From a virus, in the IMG/VR virus record IMGVR_UViG_3300037155_000096: a DNA stretch of 64,000 nucleotides; one strand, 5' to 3'. A program made the translations under genes and the position numbers. Within the stretch, counting starts at the first letter, position 1. The number at the start of each line of letters is the position of its first letter. The notes beneath the pieces were generated by a model that made no database searches, was not told where the DNA came from, and saw nothing but the letters and a program-made list of their open reading frames with translations. Shown here piece by piece: positions 9,562-18,766 of the stretch.

Positions 9562-9767
9562 CAGTATTCGCTCCCGCCAGCTTCCAAGCCTCTGCTATAA
9601 GCCTCATCAATCTTATCCTGAATCATTTTCAGCAATGCATCATAGTTCTTGGTCGGGATCACCCGTGCCGTTACTGTGAACATCCTGAAATCAGGTTCAC
9701 CAATCTTGCCAACAGTACCCGTGGTAGGCATATCAATTTCAAATTTCTTTAATTCATCAACTTTCAT
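9561..9767 (-). CDS. Hypothetical protein, paralog of 9757..9999
   Basis: MK..LK.FE..PT...VIP..Y..LL..I...AY.G. Confidence 0.6.
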   Translation of the reverse strand: MKVDELKKFEIDMPTTGTVGKIGEPDFRMFTVTARVIPTKNYDALLKMIQDKIDEAYSRGLEAGGSEY

Positions 9768-9999
9768 TTATTTTGACTGCTCCGAAATACTTTGGATTAA
9801 CTTTACTTTCTGCATATATTTTCTTTTTCTCAGGGGACAGATGTTCCATGCGTCCCTTGAAATATGCATCCTCTACTTCTCTGTTGATAAACTCCAGCAA
9901 TTTTTTGTAACTTTCAGGCAGGATAACCGGTCTGGACGTTATGATCGTCGAGTTCGTCGGTATATGAGTCTCAAACGCCTTCAGATCCTTGGCTTTCAT
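9757..9999 (-). CDS. Hypothetical protein, paralog of 9561..9767
   Basis: Same pattern. Confidence 0.6.
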   Translation of the reverse strand: MKAKDLKAFETHIPTNSTIITSRPVILPESYKKLLEFINREVEDAYFKGRMEHLSPEKKKIYAESKVNPKYFGAVKINES

Positions 10000-10217
10000 A
10001 ATTCGCCAGCCATGGCTTTTACGACCACAGCCTTATAAATAACCTTCCATTTCTTGTGGCATACATAACATCCTGCCTCCTGATGCATACTGCCATTCTC
10101 CCCGACCATAATTTTACCCATCTTGATAAACACGCTGCAACAACATGGACATTTATCTGGATTCGCCAGATGATAACTTATCTGCTGTTCTGTCAACTTC
10201 TCCGTCATAATTCCCAT
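9996..10217 (-). CDS. Small Zn-ribbon protein
   Basis: CPCC...CYVC. Confidence 0.6.
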   Translation of the reverse strand: MGIMTEKLTEQQISYHLANPDKCPCCCSVFIKMGKIMVGENGSMHQEAGCYVCHKKWKVIYKAVVVKAMAGEL

Positions 10218-10243
10218 CCTTTCTAAACATTGCTAATCGTTAC

Positions 10244-10576
10244 TTATTTTCTAAAAACTAATCTGTGCTTGGGATTCTTGCAATCGCCTTTGTGAGTCCA
10301 AGTCAATCCCTTTAGCGGATTTCCTATCAGTATGTATTCGCAGCCTTCAATAATCGAAAATCCATAAACGTGAACATTGGCATCGACCTTGTAATTACTC
10401 ATCGGCACTACTGCGGAGTCGAGAACCACACCTATGTATTCGCTGGCGCCCTTCGTGGACTTATGCTTATGACCGGCATACCCAAGCGATACCATGACCA
10501 CTATTGCTATAAACGCTACAAACCAATAAACTTTTCCCTCCTGCTTCAACCACCACATTGCTCTTGACCTTTTCAT
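10244..10576 (-). CDS. Membrane-anchored hypothetical protein
   Basis: N-terminal TM; C-terminal HKGDCKNPKH. Confidence 0.6.
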   Translation of the reverse strand: MKRSRAMWWLKQEGKVYWFVAFIAIVVMVSLGYAGHKHKSTKGASEYIGVVLDSAVVPMSNYKVDANVHVYGFSIIEGCEYILIGNPLKGLTWTHKGDCKNPKHRLVFRK

Positions 10577-10586
10577 ACGTATCTCC

Positions 10587-11198
10587 TTATTTCAAAATCC
10601 TGTTCACAAATTCTTCCCATACTTCTTTAACCGTTACCTTCAGCGCCTCCAGATCGTTACTGTAATACCAGCAGTCACCACCAAAATTATTTCTATCCAG
10701 ACTGACTAACTTGACTCCATATTTGCTGACCAAACTGGGTATAGGTCTATCCGGTAAATTCATTAAAATATGTCCGATCACCTGCTGGGGATCGTCCATC
10801 GTCGTACCACCAATCATCGCTGTACGCATCCACCGACCATATTTATCAGGCTCAACATCACTGTTCGTATAAACATTGATAAACCATACAGGTCTTAATT
10901 TATGCTTGAATTTACTTTTGATTTCCTTTTCTTCCGGAACAATGATGTCATAATCTTCAGCAAGTTCTTTCTGAGTCAGAACCACAATGCGACCATCTGC
11001 CCGCCTTACTATCATCTCACCAATCGCAGCCGCCCTTACCTTCCCCATGCCATCATTCAAGGGAACTAGCAAATGATTACCACCATCGAGTCTGATTTTG
11101 GGGTGCGACCTGATATCGTCCGGCAGCTCTTTACTGTAAAACAGACTACCATCGAATCTCCATGCCTCAATTATTTCCGGTTTTCTCGTGTACTTCAT
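10587..11198 (-). CDS. Phage-type hypothetical protein
   Basis: KYTRKPEIIEAWRF N-terminus typical of small phage proteins. Confidence 0.65.
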   Translation of the reverse strand: MKYTRKPEIIEAWRFDGSLFYSKELPDDIRSHPKIRLDGGNHLLVPLNDGMGKVRAAAIGEMIVRRADGRIVVLTQKELAEDYDIIVPEEKEIKSKFKHKLRPVWFINVYTNSDVEPDKYGRWMRTAMIGGTTMDDPQQVIGHILMNLPDRPIPSLVSKYGVKLVSLDRNNFGGDCWYYSNDLEALKVTVKEVWEEFVNRILK

Positions 11199-11421
11199 CC
11201 TTGTCCTTGACTCCCTTCGCTTTCAATTCGTTCAAAAAATCAGTTATCTCCCGAGTACAGTTTTCGTCCATAGCCAGACCATTTTTCGGGAAGAAACCAT
11301 ACTTCTGCCATTTCACATGCCAGGCAATTATGCCTACGTGGTTACCTAATACCGAGGTAACTGCATATTCCGGTAGACTCTCTGAATCCCATCCGATACT
11401 CGGGAATTCTAAATACTTCAA
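11167..11421 (-). CDS. Phage-type hypothetical protein
   Basis: G.I.W...WQKY.F.P...C..EI..FL pattern. Confidence 0.6.
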   Translation of the reverse strand: MKYLEFPSIGWDSESLPEYAVTSVLGNHVGIIAWHVKWQKYGFFPKNGLAMDENCTREITDFLNELKAKGVKDKDEVHEKTGNN

Positions 11422-11433
11422 GCTTCATCCTTC

Positions 11434-11871
11434 TTAAACTGGTACATAAACTTCTTCCTCTGCTTTCGTCTGGACTCGCTTGCCCAAATATTCTTCTACA
11501 TCAGGCATTCCGCTCCACTGTGCTCTTGCCGTTCTCCACGGATGCTCTAAACTTTTTAATTCTTCCTTAATTCTTCTCTTCTCCCCGCAGGACTCACAGC
11601 ATCTGGCTTTTACCCGATTGTGCCTGAAAGTCATCGTTGCCTCTCCGGCGCATCCCTCGAACTGATAAAAACATTCCTTCAAAGAGTCGAGTACCTTAAT
11701 AAATTTTCTTTGCCGCGTATATACGATGTAGCATTTCTTGCATACCTGCCATTCGTGCTTAGCCAACTTCTCAAATTCATCCCATTCAACGGTCTTTACC
11801 TTGGTCGGATCTTTCACCGGTGCCGAGCAGACTATCTTTCCCTTGATTATCAAATGCGTTTTACTAATCAT
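11434..11871 (-). CDS. Cys-rich hypothetical protein
   Basis: H..C...C..C and CCESC motifs. Confidence 0.6.
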   Translation of the reverse strand: MISKTHLIIKGKIVCSAPVKDPTKVKTVEWDEFEKLAKHEWQVCKKCYIVYTRQRKFIKVLDSLKECFYQFEGCAGEATMTFRHNRVKARCCESCGEKRRIKEELKSLEHPWRTARAQWSGMPDVEEYLGKRVQTKAEEEVYVPV

Positions 11872-11872
11872 G

Positions 11873-12259
11873 CTAATTCACGATGTTTTCATTTTCGGGC
11901 AATTTCTTTCTGTAAATCTCCAGTACCTTGATAACCATAGTAATTGCATCTTCGGTGAGGTCGAGTCTGTTTGCCATTTGCATGATGAAGGGAACTACAG
12001 CGGAATCATGTATTTTAATCATGGACGAACCTTCTTCCCCTTGTCTGATCTCATGGAACGGACCGTCATAATAATCAGTGTTCGGCTCAATCTTCACCCA
12101 TGATAAATCTTCCAGCATTTCGTTTAACTCCGCCAGAGTCAAGGATTCCATGTAGTCAAAGATCAACTTCTCGGACTGCTCCGGGGACTCGTGTGTAATA
12201 TCATAATCTTTAAGTCCGAGTTTCTCCCATATCACATACGACCAAATCGTTTTCATCAA
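11873..12259 (-). CDS. Hypothetical acidic protein
   Basis: First ORF after promoter copy 4. Confidence 0.65.
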   Translation of the reverse strand: MMKTIWSYVIWEKLGLKDYDITHESPEQSEKLIFDYMESLTLAELNEMLEDLSWVKIEPNTDYYDGPFHEIRQGEEGSSMIKIHDSAVVPFIMQMANRLDLTEDAITMVIKVLEIYRKKLPENENIVN

Positions 12260-12289
12260 GTTCCTGTTATTTAACTGTTTGAAGATTAT

Positions 12290-12310
12290 CTTACAATAAA
12301 CGTGCTAAAG
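12290..12310 (-). promoter_or_regulatory. sigma54-like promoter variant copy 4
   Basis: ctttagcacg-ttta-ttgtaag. Confidence 0.7.
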
Positions 12311-12331
12311 AAAAACCGGATTTCTCCGGTT
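12311..12331 (-). terminator. Rho-independent terminator
   Basis: aaccgga-GAAA-tccggtt hairpin whose 3' arm runs into a 5-T tract on minus strand. Confidence 0.7.
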
Positions 12332-12870
12332 GTCAAAGGGCGGGCATAGCGGGACCGTAATTCCCCGCTTCTTTAATACAAACCTCCTATGGTTTCCCAA
12401 GGGTTTCAAGTTCCTCGGTTCCCCATTCTCCACCTTCGCTTGAGACGTCATCAGGCTGGAAATAATTCGTACGCATACTCGGATTTTATACTATACGCCC
12501 ATGTAAAATCAAAAGGCGGACGTAGCGGATTCCTTACCTTCCACAATTTCATACAAGCCTCCTGTCGGTACCTGTAACCCTTCATTGGTGTTCCGTCCCG
12601 TCTCTCCACCTATCCACACGGTAGGTGCCGATGAGCAGCTGTCTCAAACAGCAACTGACATGCGATGGAAATAATCTTGTATGCGTTCGTAGTTCGAACT
12701 GTACGTCCATTAAAATGTTATCCTGGCACCCGATTAAGTGATTACGGGGCTTCTCCTATCCAGCCTCATCTCCGCCTGCTCCAGATCGGGCTGCTCAGCT
12801 GATGTCTCATCCCTCCTTGGAAGGAAATAACTTAGACAGGCACATTCTTGCTATTATGCTACAGGACTTA
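12311..12870 (-). ncRNA. Candidate large structured ncRNA (about 560 nt)
   Basis: Gene-free gap with four long-range 8-9 bp helices (one crossing), GAAA-capped hairpins and a terminator. Confidence 0.5.
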
Positions 12871-12873
12871 ATA

Positions 12874-13113
12874 TCAAAGAGGCAATAGCCTCTGGATCTC
12901 CTCAAAACTATATTTCAATGCGACCTTTTCCAAATGCTCTGCAATCAGAGTATCTTCAAGCGAGACAGGCTTGCGCGCCGGCTCCTTACCGTTCACCGCC
13001 CGCCTTATCATTTCAATTTCTTTCGGATTCGAACTGACCGCGATGTACTCCAATACATCACCAAGTTCTACGTCCACTTCAATCTCTTTACTTATTGTCA
13101 CATTCAGTCCCAT
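12874..13113 (-). CDS. Hypothetical protein
   Basis: ORF coupled to upstream gene. Confidence 0.6.
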   Translation of the reverse strand: MGLNVTISKEIEVDVELGDVLEYIAVSSNPKEIEMIRRAVNGKEPARKPVSLEDTLIAEHLEKVALKYSFEEIQRLLPL

Positions 13114-13886
13114 TAAACTAAATTTCCTACATTATGTCTTATTAGCTTTTTCATTGCCTCCAGATTCTCTGGCTCAGGCAAAGTGAATTCTCTTATTAAA
13201 TTCGTATGACCATAATCCATGAACTCCTTAAATTCATACGCCCTGACATCCGTGAACATTTTCATTAACGGAAGCATCAGACTGGTAAATTCTTTATCTG
13301 TCCACGGCGGAGTCCATACTCCTGACTTGCATAAAACGATTGCACTCAGTTCAATATTCTCTGGCAGTGAGCCAAGTCCGCAGGTGGTCTTGTATCTTTT
13401 CGGGTTGAGGCTGGCGTAACCAAATTTCGGTTTGCCATCCTGCTTTCTTCTTTCTTCTGACGGATAAATCTGATGGACGTTCTTTACCGATCCCTCGCCC
13501 AATAAATGTCCGAGCCAGTTTTCGCAGGAGATCTCATTAAATCCATTATTGTAAAAAATATCATGGTGCGAATCCATGTTGATCACCAGATCATATTTGC
13601 TTTTCCTCAGAGATTCGTAGCCGAACCGGTGACTATCCATAATGAACAGTTGAGCATTATCAGCAATCGTAATATTTTTCTCTTCGAGGATCTCCAAGAA
13701 CTCCCATGGTTCCGTAGTTACCTTTATCATTTCCTTGAGGTCTTTACCCTGCATCATAGCTCCGGTGGCTCTAACACCCCACATCATGTCACCGAAGGAT
13801 ATACCCGCATCCTCATGGAAGTGCATATCCCAAGCCGATGACACCGGGACAAAATAATCCCAATCTATGCTGAGGGCAATCTTCAT
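13113..13886 (-). CDS. UPF0489/arginase-like metallohydrolase
   Basis: LSIDWDYF, MDSHR, INMDSHHD, ENWL, CKSGVWTPP. Confidence 0.7.
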   Translation of the reverse strand: MKIALSIDWDYFVPVSSAWDMHFHEDAGISFGDMMWGVRATGAMMQGKDLKEMIKVTTEPWEFLEILEEKNITIADNAQLFIMDSHRFGYESLRKSKYDLVINMDSHHDIFYNNGFNEISCENWLGHLLGEGSVKNVHQIYPSEERRKQDGKPKFGYASLNPKRYKTTCGLGSLPENIELSAIVLCKSGVWTPPWTDKEFTSLMLPLMKMFTDVRAYEFKEFMDYGHTNLIREFTLPEPENLEAMKKLIRHNVGNLV

Positions 13887-13940
13887 CTATTTCTTTCTCT
13901 TCCTTTGGGTGTTTGTTAAATTTTGTGTTAAAGTGTATAA

Positions 13941-13960
13941 CTTACAAATAGCGTGCTAAG
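13941..13960 (-). promoter_or_regulatory. sigma54-like promoter variant copy 5
   Basis: cttagcacg-ctat-ttgtaag. Confidence 0.7.
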
Positions 13961-13979
13961 ATTTATAGGTATCTCCAAC

Positions 13980-14065
13980 CGTAGTATATATACTACGCCG
14001 GAGGCATGAAGTGCGTTTTTGATTCGTATTCGATGGGTAAACAGACTGTAGTATATATACTACAG
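13980..14065. promoter_or_regulatory. Twin perfect palindromes (core GTAGTATATATACTAC)
   Basis: cgtagtatatatactacg 13980..13997 and ctgtagtatatatactacag 14046..14065. Confidence 0.75.
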
Positions 14066-14090
14066 AGGCGGTTTTCTGCCGCCCCTTTCA

Positions 14091-14372
14091 TTAAAATACT
14101 TCAGTGACATTCTCAAGCGGGCGCAAGCCTTCCATCTTCCGGACGATCTTCCCGAATTCAGTCATCTCAATTTTAATGCATTCCTTGATAACTGCATTCT
14201 GCCCTTTGATGAAATCCTTGAACGAGCCATTCTCTTCATTCCAGTTAAGCTGGAACTCCAGAATCGCATAATGGCTAGTCTGCGTTAAGTTCTCAAGTAC
14301 AGGCTTCAACAGTTCATCCCGCTGTTCTTCGGTGAGGTCATCCAATAACTCCACTACATCTCTGATAATCAT
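14091..14372 (-). CDS. Hypothetical protein
   Basis: ORF with aaggaa RBS. Confidence 0.6.
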   Translation of the reverse strand: MIIRDVVELLDDLTEEQRDELLKPVLENLTQTSHYAILEFQLNWNEENGSFKDFIKGQNAVIKECIKIEMTEFGKIVRKMEGLRPLENVTEVF

Positions 14373-14552
14373 GACGGCAGTTCCTTATATGGTAAATTCA
14401 GAACGCCGGTCGACTCCTCCATTATCATTTTAGCCCTTCTGGCAGGACTTATTATCTTACTTTATCACGGACATGAAATCTTCCTGGCATCATTTTACTG
14501 CCAACGTGTTGTGCTGGCAGTAAGGTCAGCCGTAAAATAAAACAATTATTTT

Positions 14553-14981
14553 TCAAACATCAAGAGACTCATAAACTTTATTTTCAATACGTAGCTGATG
14601 TTCTGCCCAACTCAGCATGATTGCGAAGATAGCTTCCGTTTCGGTTAAGGCGACATCGCTACCCTTGTCTCCTATTAACTCCTCATTCTCATCAAGGTAT
14701 TCGACGTACACCGGTCTCATCGGTTCATCGCTGTACTCGACATGCTTAACGACAGCACCACTTTCCTTCCTCATCCTGGTTTCAAGATCTCGTAACTGGT
14801 TGGCATCGTTCTCCGGATCAAAGAACATGGGAGATACGGTTACGAACTCAAGTCCCCTTAGTCCATACTTTCTTTCTCCGAAGCCGGTTCCAATCTGATT
14901 TCTCAGGACCAGACCGTCCTCAGTATCGTCCAATATCAGTCCATACCATTTTGCTATTTCTATTTTTTGTTCTTTATTCAT
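14553..14981 (-). CDS. Hypothetical protein
   Basis: ORF with aaggata RBS. Confidence 0.65.
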   Translation of the reverse strand: MNKEQKIEIAKWYGLILDDTEDGLVLRNQIGTGFGERKYGLRGLEFVTVSPMFFDPENDANQLRDLETRMRKESGAVVKHVEYSDEPMRPVYVEYLDENEELIGDKGSDVALTETEAIFAIMLSWAEHQLRIENKVYESLDV

Positions 14982-14999
14982 TCGTTTATCCTTTATTCT

Positions 15000-15524
15000 T
15001 CAATGCCTGAATAAATCATCATAATGGTCCTGCTGTCCTGGCGAGTCGTCAAAAAATTCAAGTGAATTAGCGCGAGTATCCAGTTGTATTATTCTATGTA
15101 CCCTTGGGAATTTCCATGAGACAATTCCGTCCTCATACTTGTGTTCCCCAAATTTCTTATCCATATCAGACACCCACCAGCGGAGCCCGTCTGCACCTGG
15201 GAAGTCACCATCACGATCCAATATGACGTGGAATCCCACAATCGCATCTCCGCTTCTGCGTATGTGCACGATATGGACATAATCTGGCAGAACATAACTT
15301 TCGTCTGTCATATAAGTTTTGCTCAGACCGAGTGCTGAGAACTCCTTATCTGTCATGCCAACCCCAATACCCTGGTACTTACAATCTCTTGCGAATTTCT
15401 CGTATTCAGTCAGAACGATTTCATCCTTTACTTTCGGAGCCTTGCCTTTGTGCTTATTCTGAGCCAGAGACATTCCGGTAAATAAAATCATTAGCAGAAC
15501 CATCGAACAGGTAAATTTTTTCAT
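15000..15524 (-). CDS. Secreted hypothetical protein
   Basis: Signal peptide MKKFTCSMVLLMILFTGMSLA. Confidence 0.7.
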   Translation of the reverse strand: MKKFTCSMVLLMILFTGMSLAQNKHKGKAPKVKDEIVLTEYEKFARDCKYQGIGVGMTDKEFSALGLSKTYMTDESYVLPDYVHIVHIRRSGDAIVGFHVILDRDGDFPGADGLRWWVSDMDKKFGEHKYEDGIVSWKFPRVHRIIQLDTRANSLEFFDDSPGQQDHYDDLFRH

Positions 15525-15606
15525 TACTTTATCCTTGTTTGTTTACTGATATGCTACGACAGGACTAGTCCGCCCTAATGCAACCAATTTCGTTAATACA
15601 ATTTAT

Positions 15607-15837
15607 CTATTTGTCAGGGCTTTTGAAGGGAATTCGTAGAAACGCTTTAATCAGGGAACCGGTAGTTCGCATTGCCACCCGAAATAATTCGGCTGGGAAC
15701 TTATAATAGCGTAACCATTCACGCCAAACGTCCATCCAACTAATCTTCCATAGCCAGAACGTAAGCGATAACCGGGTTTCTTTTGCAAGCTGTGTCTCAA
15801 GTTCCTTTTCAAGCGCATCAAGATCTAAATTATTCAC
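15607..15837 (-). CDS. Hypothetical protein
   Basis: ORF in co-oriented run. Confidence 0.5.
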   Translation of the reverse strand: MNNLDLDALEKELETQLAKETRLSLTFWLWKISWMDVWREWLRYYKFPAELFRVAMRTTGSLIKAFLRIPFKSPDK

Positions 15838-16057
15838 GGTCGCCTATTGCTTCTACCGCAGTTCTAATTCCTTCAATATAATTCAGTCCCTCTATGTTTG
15901 TGCCAGCGCAGGCATGAGCCAATATCAGGGATTCAAGCGCATCGGCAGATTCTTTCGAGATCTCTTTATGCAGTCCAGAAGTAATTGTACCACCCTGACT
16001 GCTTCTGTCGGCGACTTCTACTACAATATCAAAGATAGGCAAGGTGTATCGTGTCAT
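15830..16057 (-). CDS. Hypothetical protein
   Basis: Coupled overlaps. Confidence 0.55.
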   Translation of the reverse strand: MTRYTLPIFDIVVEVADRSSQGGTITSGLHKEISKESADALESLILAHACAGTNIEGLNYIEGIRTAVEAIGDRE

Positions 16058-16359
16058 TTTAATTTCTCCAGCTTTAATACTTTATAACGCATTAACTGAA
16101 CATATTCATCAGCATCGAGCTTCTTGAACGTGACCGCCAGAAGTGTAGTCTGATCAATCGTAGCATTAAATTTCGGTTCACTCTCTGAGTAAACGACGAC
16201 CTTGTCACCGACGTCAAACCCATCAACCTTCTCCGCTGCCTTGCCCACCAGAACCGTCATCGATACTATCAATGCTATTGATAATGCCATCAGTCCCAAT
16301 ATCATTTTGTGAGCTTTCAATGTCATGCTGCTAATTATACCCTTCGACAATGTTCCCAT
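16054..16359 (-). CDS. Membrane-anchored hypothetical protein
   Basis: N-terminal TM helix. Confidence 0.55.
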   Translation of the reverse strand: MGTLSKGIISSMTLKAHKMILGLMALSIALIVSMTVLVGKAAEKVDGFDVGDKVVVYSESEPKFNATIDQTTLLAVTFKKLDADEYVQLMRYKVLKLEKLK

Positions 16360-16431
16360 TACTTCTCCGTTAATTTAGTTTCTAATTCAATATTTATTTT
16401 TCCACCTACATGCGTGGAGGTTTTCGTTTCA

Positions 16432-16905
16432 TCAGAATTCAAGATCCTCTGTTTCCTGAAGATGGGCATCATGATACCCCTTCCCTATCAGAAACTTTAC
16501 AAAGTCATCTACGTTATATTCCTCTTCATCCGTCTTCACATACTCATCCCGCAGAATCCGCAATTCCCTCAGCCCGCCTGTGACAACCAGAACGCCAAGT
16601 GCGCCATCATTGTCCTGCAGGTTGAGATAATGCGTTTTATCTCTGGGGATCGCAATCGGTTTCGTAACTCCAGCCCTTTGAATGGCTACATTGGCACTTG
16701 CCAGTGCTGGAATCCATTGCTCCAGTGTCATTCTCATTATCGGTTCATCCGGATAGTCCAGATGCATCTGCAAAGTGTGGGCAAGATGGCAAACGCTATC
16801 TCCCCTCATAAAAAATCCGGGCCAGTCCTTACCGAACTGAACAACTCCAGTCTCTACCCGTTCGGTCTCATCAAACGGAATTATTCTTACTGGTACTTCT
16901 TCCAT
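16432..16905 (-). CDS. Hypothetical protein
   Basis: Coupled to ligase stop. Confidence 0.65.
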   Translation of the reverse strand: MEEVPVRIIPFDETERVETGVVQFGKDWPGFFMRGDSVCHLAHTLQMHLDYPDEPIMRMTLEQWIPALASANVAIQRAGVTKPIAIPRDKTHYLNLQDNDGALGVLVVTGGLRELRILRDEYVKTDEEEYNVDDFVKFLIGKGYHDAHLQETEDLEF

Positions 16906-18029
16906 TATGCAGCCTCATCGATGTCTGCTTCAAGGCGTATAGCAAATGCTTCTCCGGGCTTACCGACCGCTATCATCGGAACTCCATCCTCAGACAGATC
17001 GAAATACTTAACCATCAGCAACTTGCCGACATAACTCTCCCCGTGTTCAAACCAGTATGCTTTCTTCGAATAGCTACCGACAGGCACTACCTCGAAAGTT
17101 TTGCCATTGGGCAACCCGCAAGTGAAGGTGACACAGCCTTTGTTTCTACCTACTCCATCCGTAAACCCGACGATGGGAAATTCTTTATCCTTGAAACTTT
17201 TTACCTTCAGTACGTCATAGGTCTCTTTGCCAAGGACATACGGAGCCTTGATATTACGAACCATAGCACCTTCATAGCCCTCCAATACGAATCGTTTCTC
17301 ATAAGCGAGGACTTCAGCTTCATTGTTAGCGATGAACGTTTCTTCCACCACGATACTCGGACTATCGATTTTGCTGAATATGTCATTCAATAATTCCAGT
17401 CTTGCATCCTGTGGCATAGAGAGGTCATCCAGATTCACAAGGTCAAAAGCATTGAAATTCATGGCATCAGACTTTGCTCCACGATATTTCTTTACCCGCC
17501 TATTGCACTCCTGAAGGTTGATGCCATGCAGATATATTTCACCGCATGGAATAATGTTCGCCGGAATCTTCCCCGCCAAGGCTTTATTTATATGCTGTAC
17601 GGTATCATACGATTTATTGCCACGACTCTGCAGTTTGATATCGCTGATATCGCCGACAGCCATCGTATTAAGTCCATTCAGCTTATGCTGAACTATGCAG
17701 GGATATATAATCTTCTTCTTATGGTCATCAAATACATTGGCATGCTGCGGAAGGATCTTCGTAGTCTCCTCTGCGCAATCCGGTGTCAATGAATACTTGA
17801 CATCCAATTTCTTCTGCCACTGACTTTTAATTTCAAGTTCCGCCTGCTGTTCAGGTGTGGTTTCATTGGCTTTACCGATGTTCTTACCGACGCAGGCTAC
17901 AGGTTCTGATTCCCTGAGCTTACCGCCCATCTCACCGAACTCTTTAATAATGTTACATCCTTCCGTGCGGATCGTCCATTGCTGGATCTTGCCCGTCTTG
18001 GCTTTCTGATACAATGTTGCTAATATCAT
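16905..18029 (-). CDS. lig: ATP-dependent DNA ligase (phage type)
   Basis: Motif I HKLNG, CGEIY, FDL, YEGAMVRN, LKVKSF, OB-fold tail. Confidence 0.9.
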   Translation of the reverse strand: MILATLYQKAKTGKIQQWTIRTEGCNIIKEFGEMGGKLRESEPVACVGKNIGKANETTPEQQAELEIKSQWQKKLDVKYSLTPDCAEETTKILPQHANVFDDHKKKIIYPCIVQHKLNGLNTMAVGDISDIKLQSRGNKSYDTVQHINKALAGKIPANIIPCGEIYLHGINLQECNRRVKKYRGAKSDAMNFNAFDLVNLDDLSMPQDARLELLNDIFSKIDSPSIVVEETFIANNEAEVLAYEKRFVLEGYEGAMVRNIKAPYVLGKETYDVLKVKSFKDKEFPIVGFTDGVGRNKGCVTFTCGLPNGKTFEVVPVGSYSKKAYWFEHGESYVGKLLMVKYFDLSEDGVPMIAVGKPGEAFAIRLEADIDEAA

Positions 18030-18059
18030 GGTTTCCTTCTATGATTAAATTTCTAAATT

Positions 18060-18335
18060 CTATCCTCTTCCTGTTATATCTTCTGGGTAATATCTGCCCC
18101 ACACCCTATCAATGCTGACATCCTGAACGTCCTTGATGGTCAATCCTATGAAGACCAAAAACTGAATTATCTTCAGACATCCATTTGGGGAATTCGTAGA
18201 CTCGAACGCCTTAATTAGTTCATCCTCATGCCGCCATGTTATGCCGCTGACATTCTTTCTTTGAAGCAGATGAACGACCTGCCTGGCTGAATCATAAGTG
18301 CAACAATCAGGCTTTAACATCAGGCTCGTCCGCAT
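18060..18335 (-). CDS. Hypothetical protein
   Basis: ORF in run. Confidence 0.45.
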   Translation of the reverse strand: MRTSLMLKPDCCTYDSARQVVHLLQRKNVSGITWRHEDELIKAFESTNSPNGCLKIIQFLVFIGLTIKDVQDVSIDRVWGRYYPEDITGRG

Positions 18336-18759
18336 AAAATAAATTTATTGGCTCCCAAACCTGTCCTGCCAAATCGGCATATAAGTCCTTGAACACGCCA
18401 TAGACAGCGAGAGCTTCGTTATGGTCCTCATAATCGTCATGAGTTTTATCGTCCTTGCTGGCAAGCGTATATTCGTTGGTGACATTCCATTCAATTTCAC
18501 CTAGACATTTACCTACACCACCGATTACGGTAGAGAGCAACTCGTCTGATAATTCGTTCCCGCCTTCCCTAAAGGCTTCATAGCCAGTATTGAGTTTTTC
18601 AAATGCTTCGAAGGACATCCGATATTCATCATAACCCGGATTACCTTCGTTCTTCGATTCATTATCAAAATCTTCTTCCAGTGCGCGTTGCATTTCTGGA
18701 AGAGCCAAATTAAAGGCGCTGTTTATCAGTTGGCGCTGAACATCGGTTATTACTTTCAT
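18307..18759 (-). CDS. Acidic hypothetical protein
   Basis: Likely start MKVITD at 18759 after aaggaa. Confidence 0.65.
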   Translation of the reverse strand: MKVITDVQRQLINSAFNLALPEMQRALEEDFDNESKNEGNPGYDEYRMSFEAFEKLNTGYEAFREGGNELSDELLSTVIGGVGKCLGEIEWNVTNEYTLASKDDKTHDDYEDHNEALAVYGVFKDLYADLAGQVWEPINLFYADEPDVKA

Positions 18760-18766
18760 ATATTCC

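Noticed and set aside
12832-12868. tRNA gene
   Set aside because: Acceptor 5' strand and D-arm are plausible, but no matching anticodon stem, T-arm or acceptor 3' strand was found
14046-14065. LexA SOS box
   Set aside because: CTGT-N12-ACAG is 4 bp longer than the proteobacterial CTGT-N8-ACAG box, and the other copy lacks CTG
14495-14523. 9-bp hairpin ttactgcca/tggcagtaa as riboswitch or ncRNA
   Set aside because: Single stem with no further support; probably a terminator or processing site
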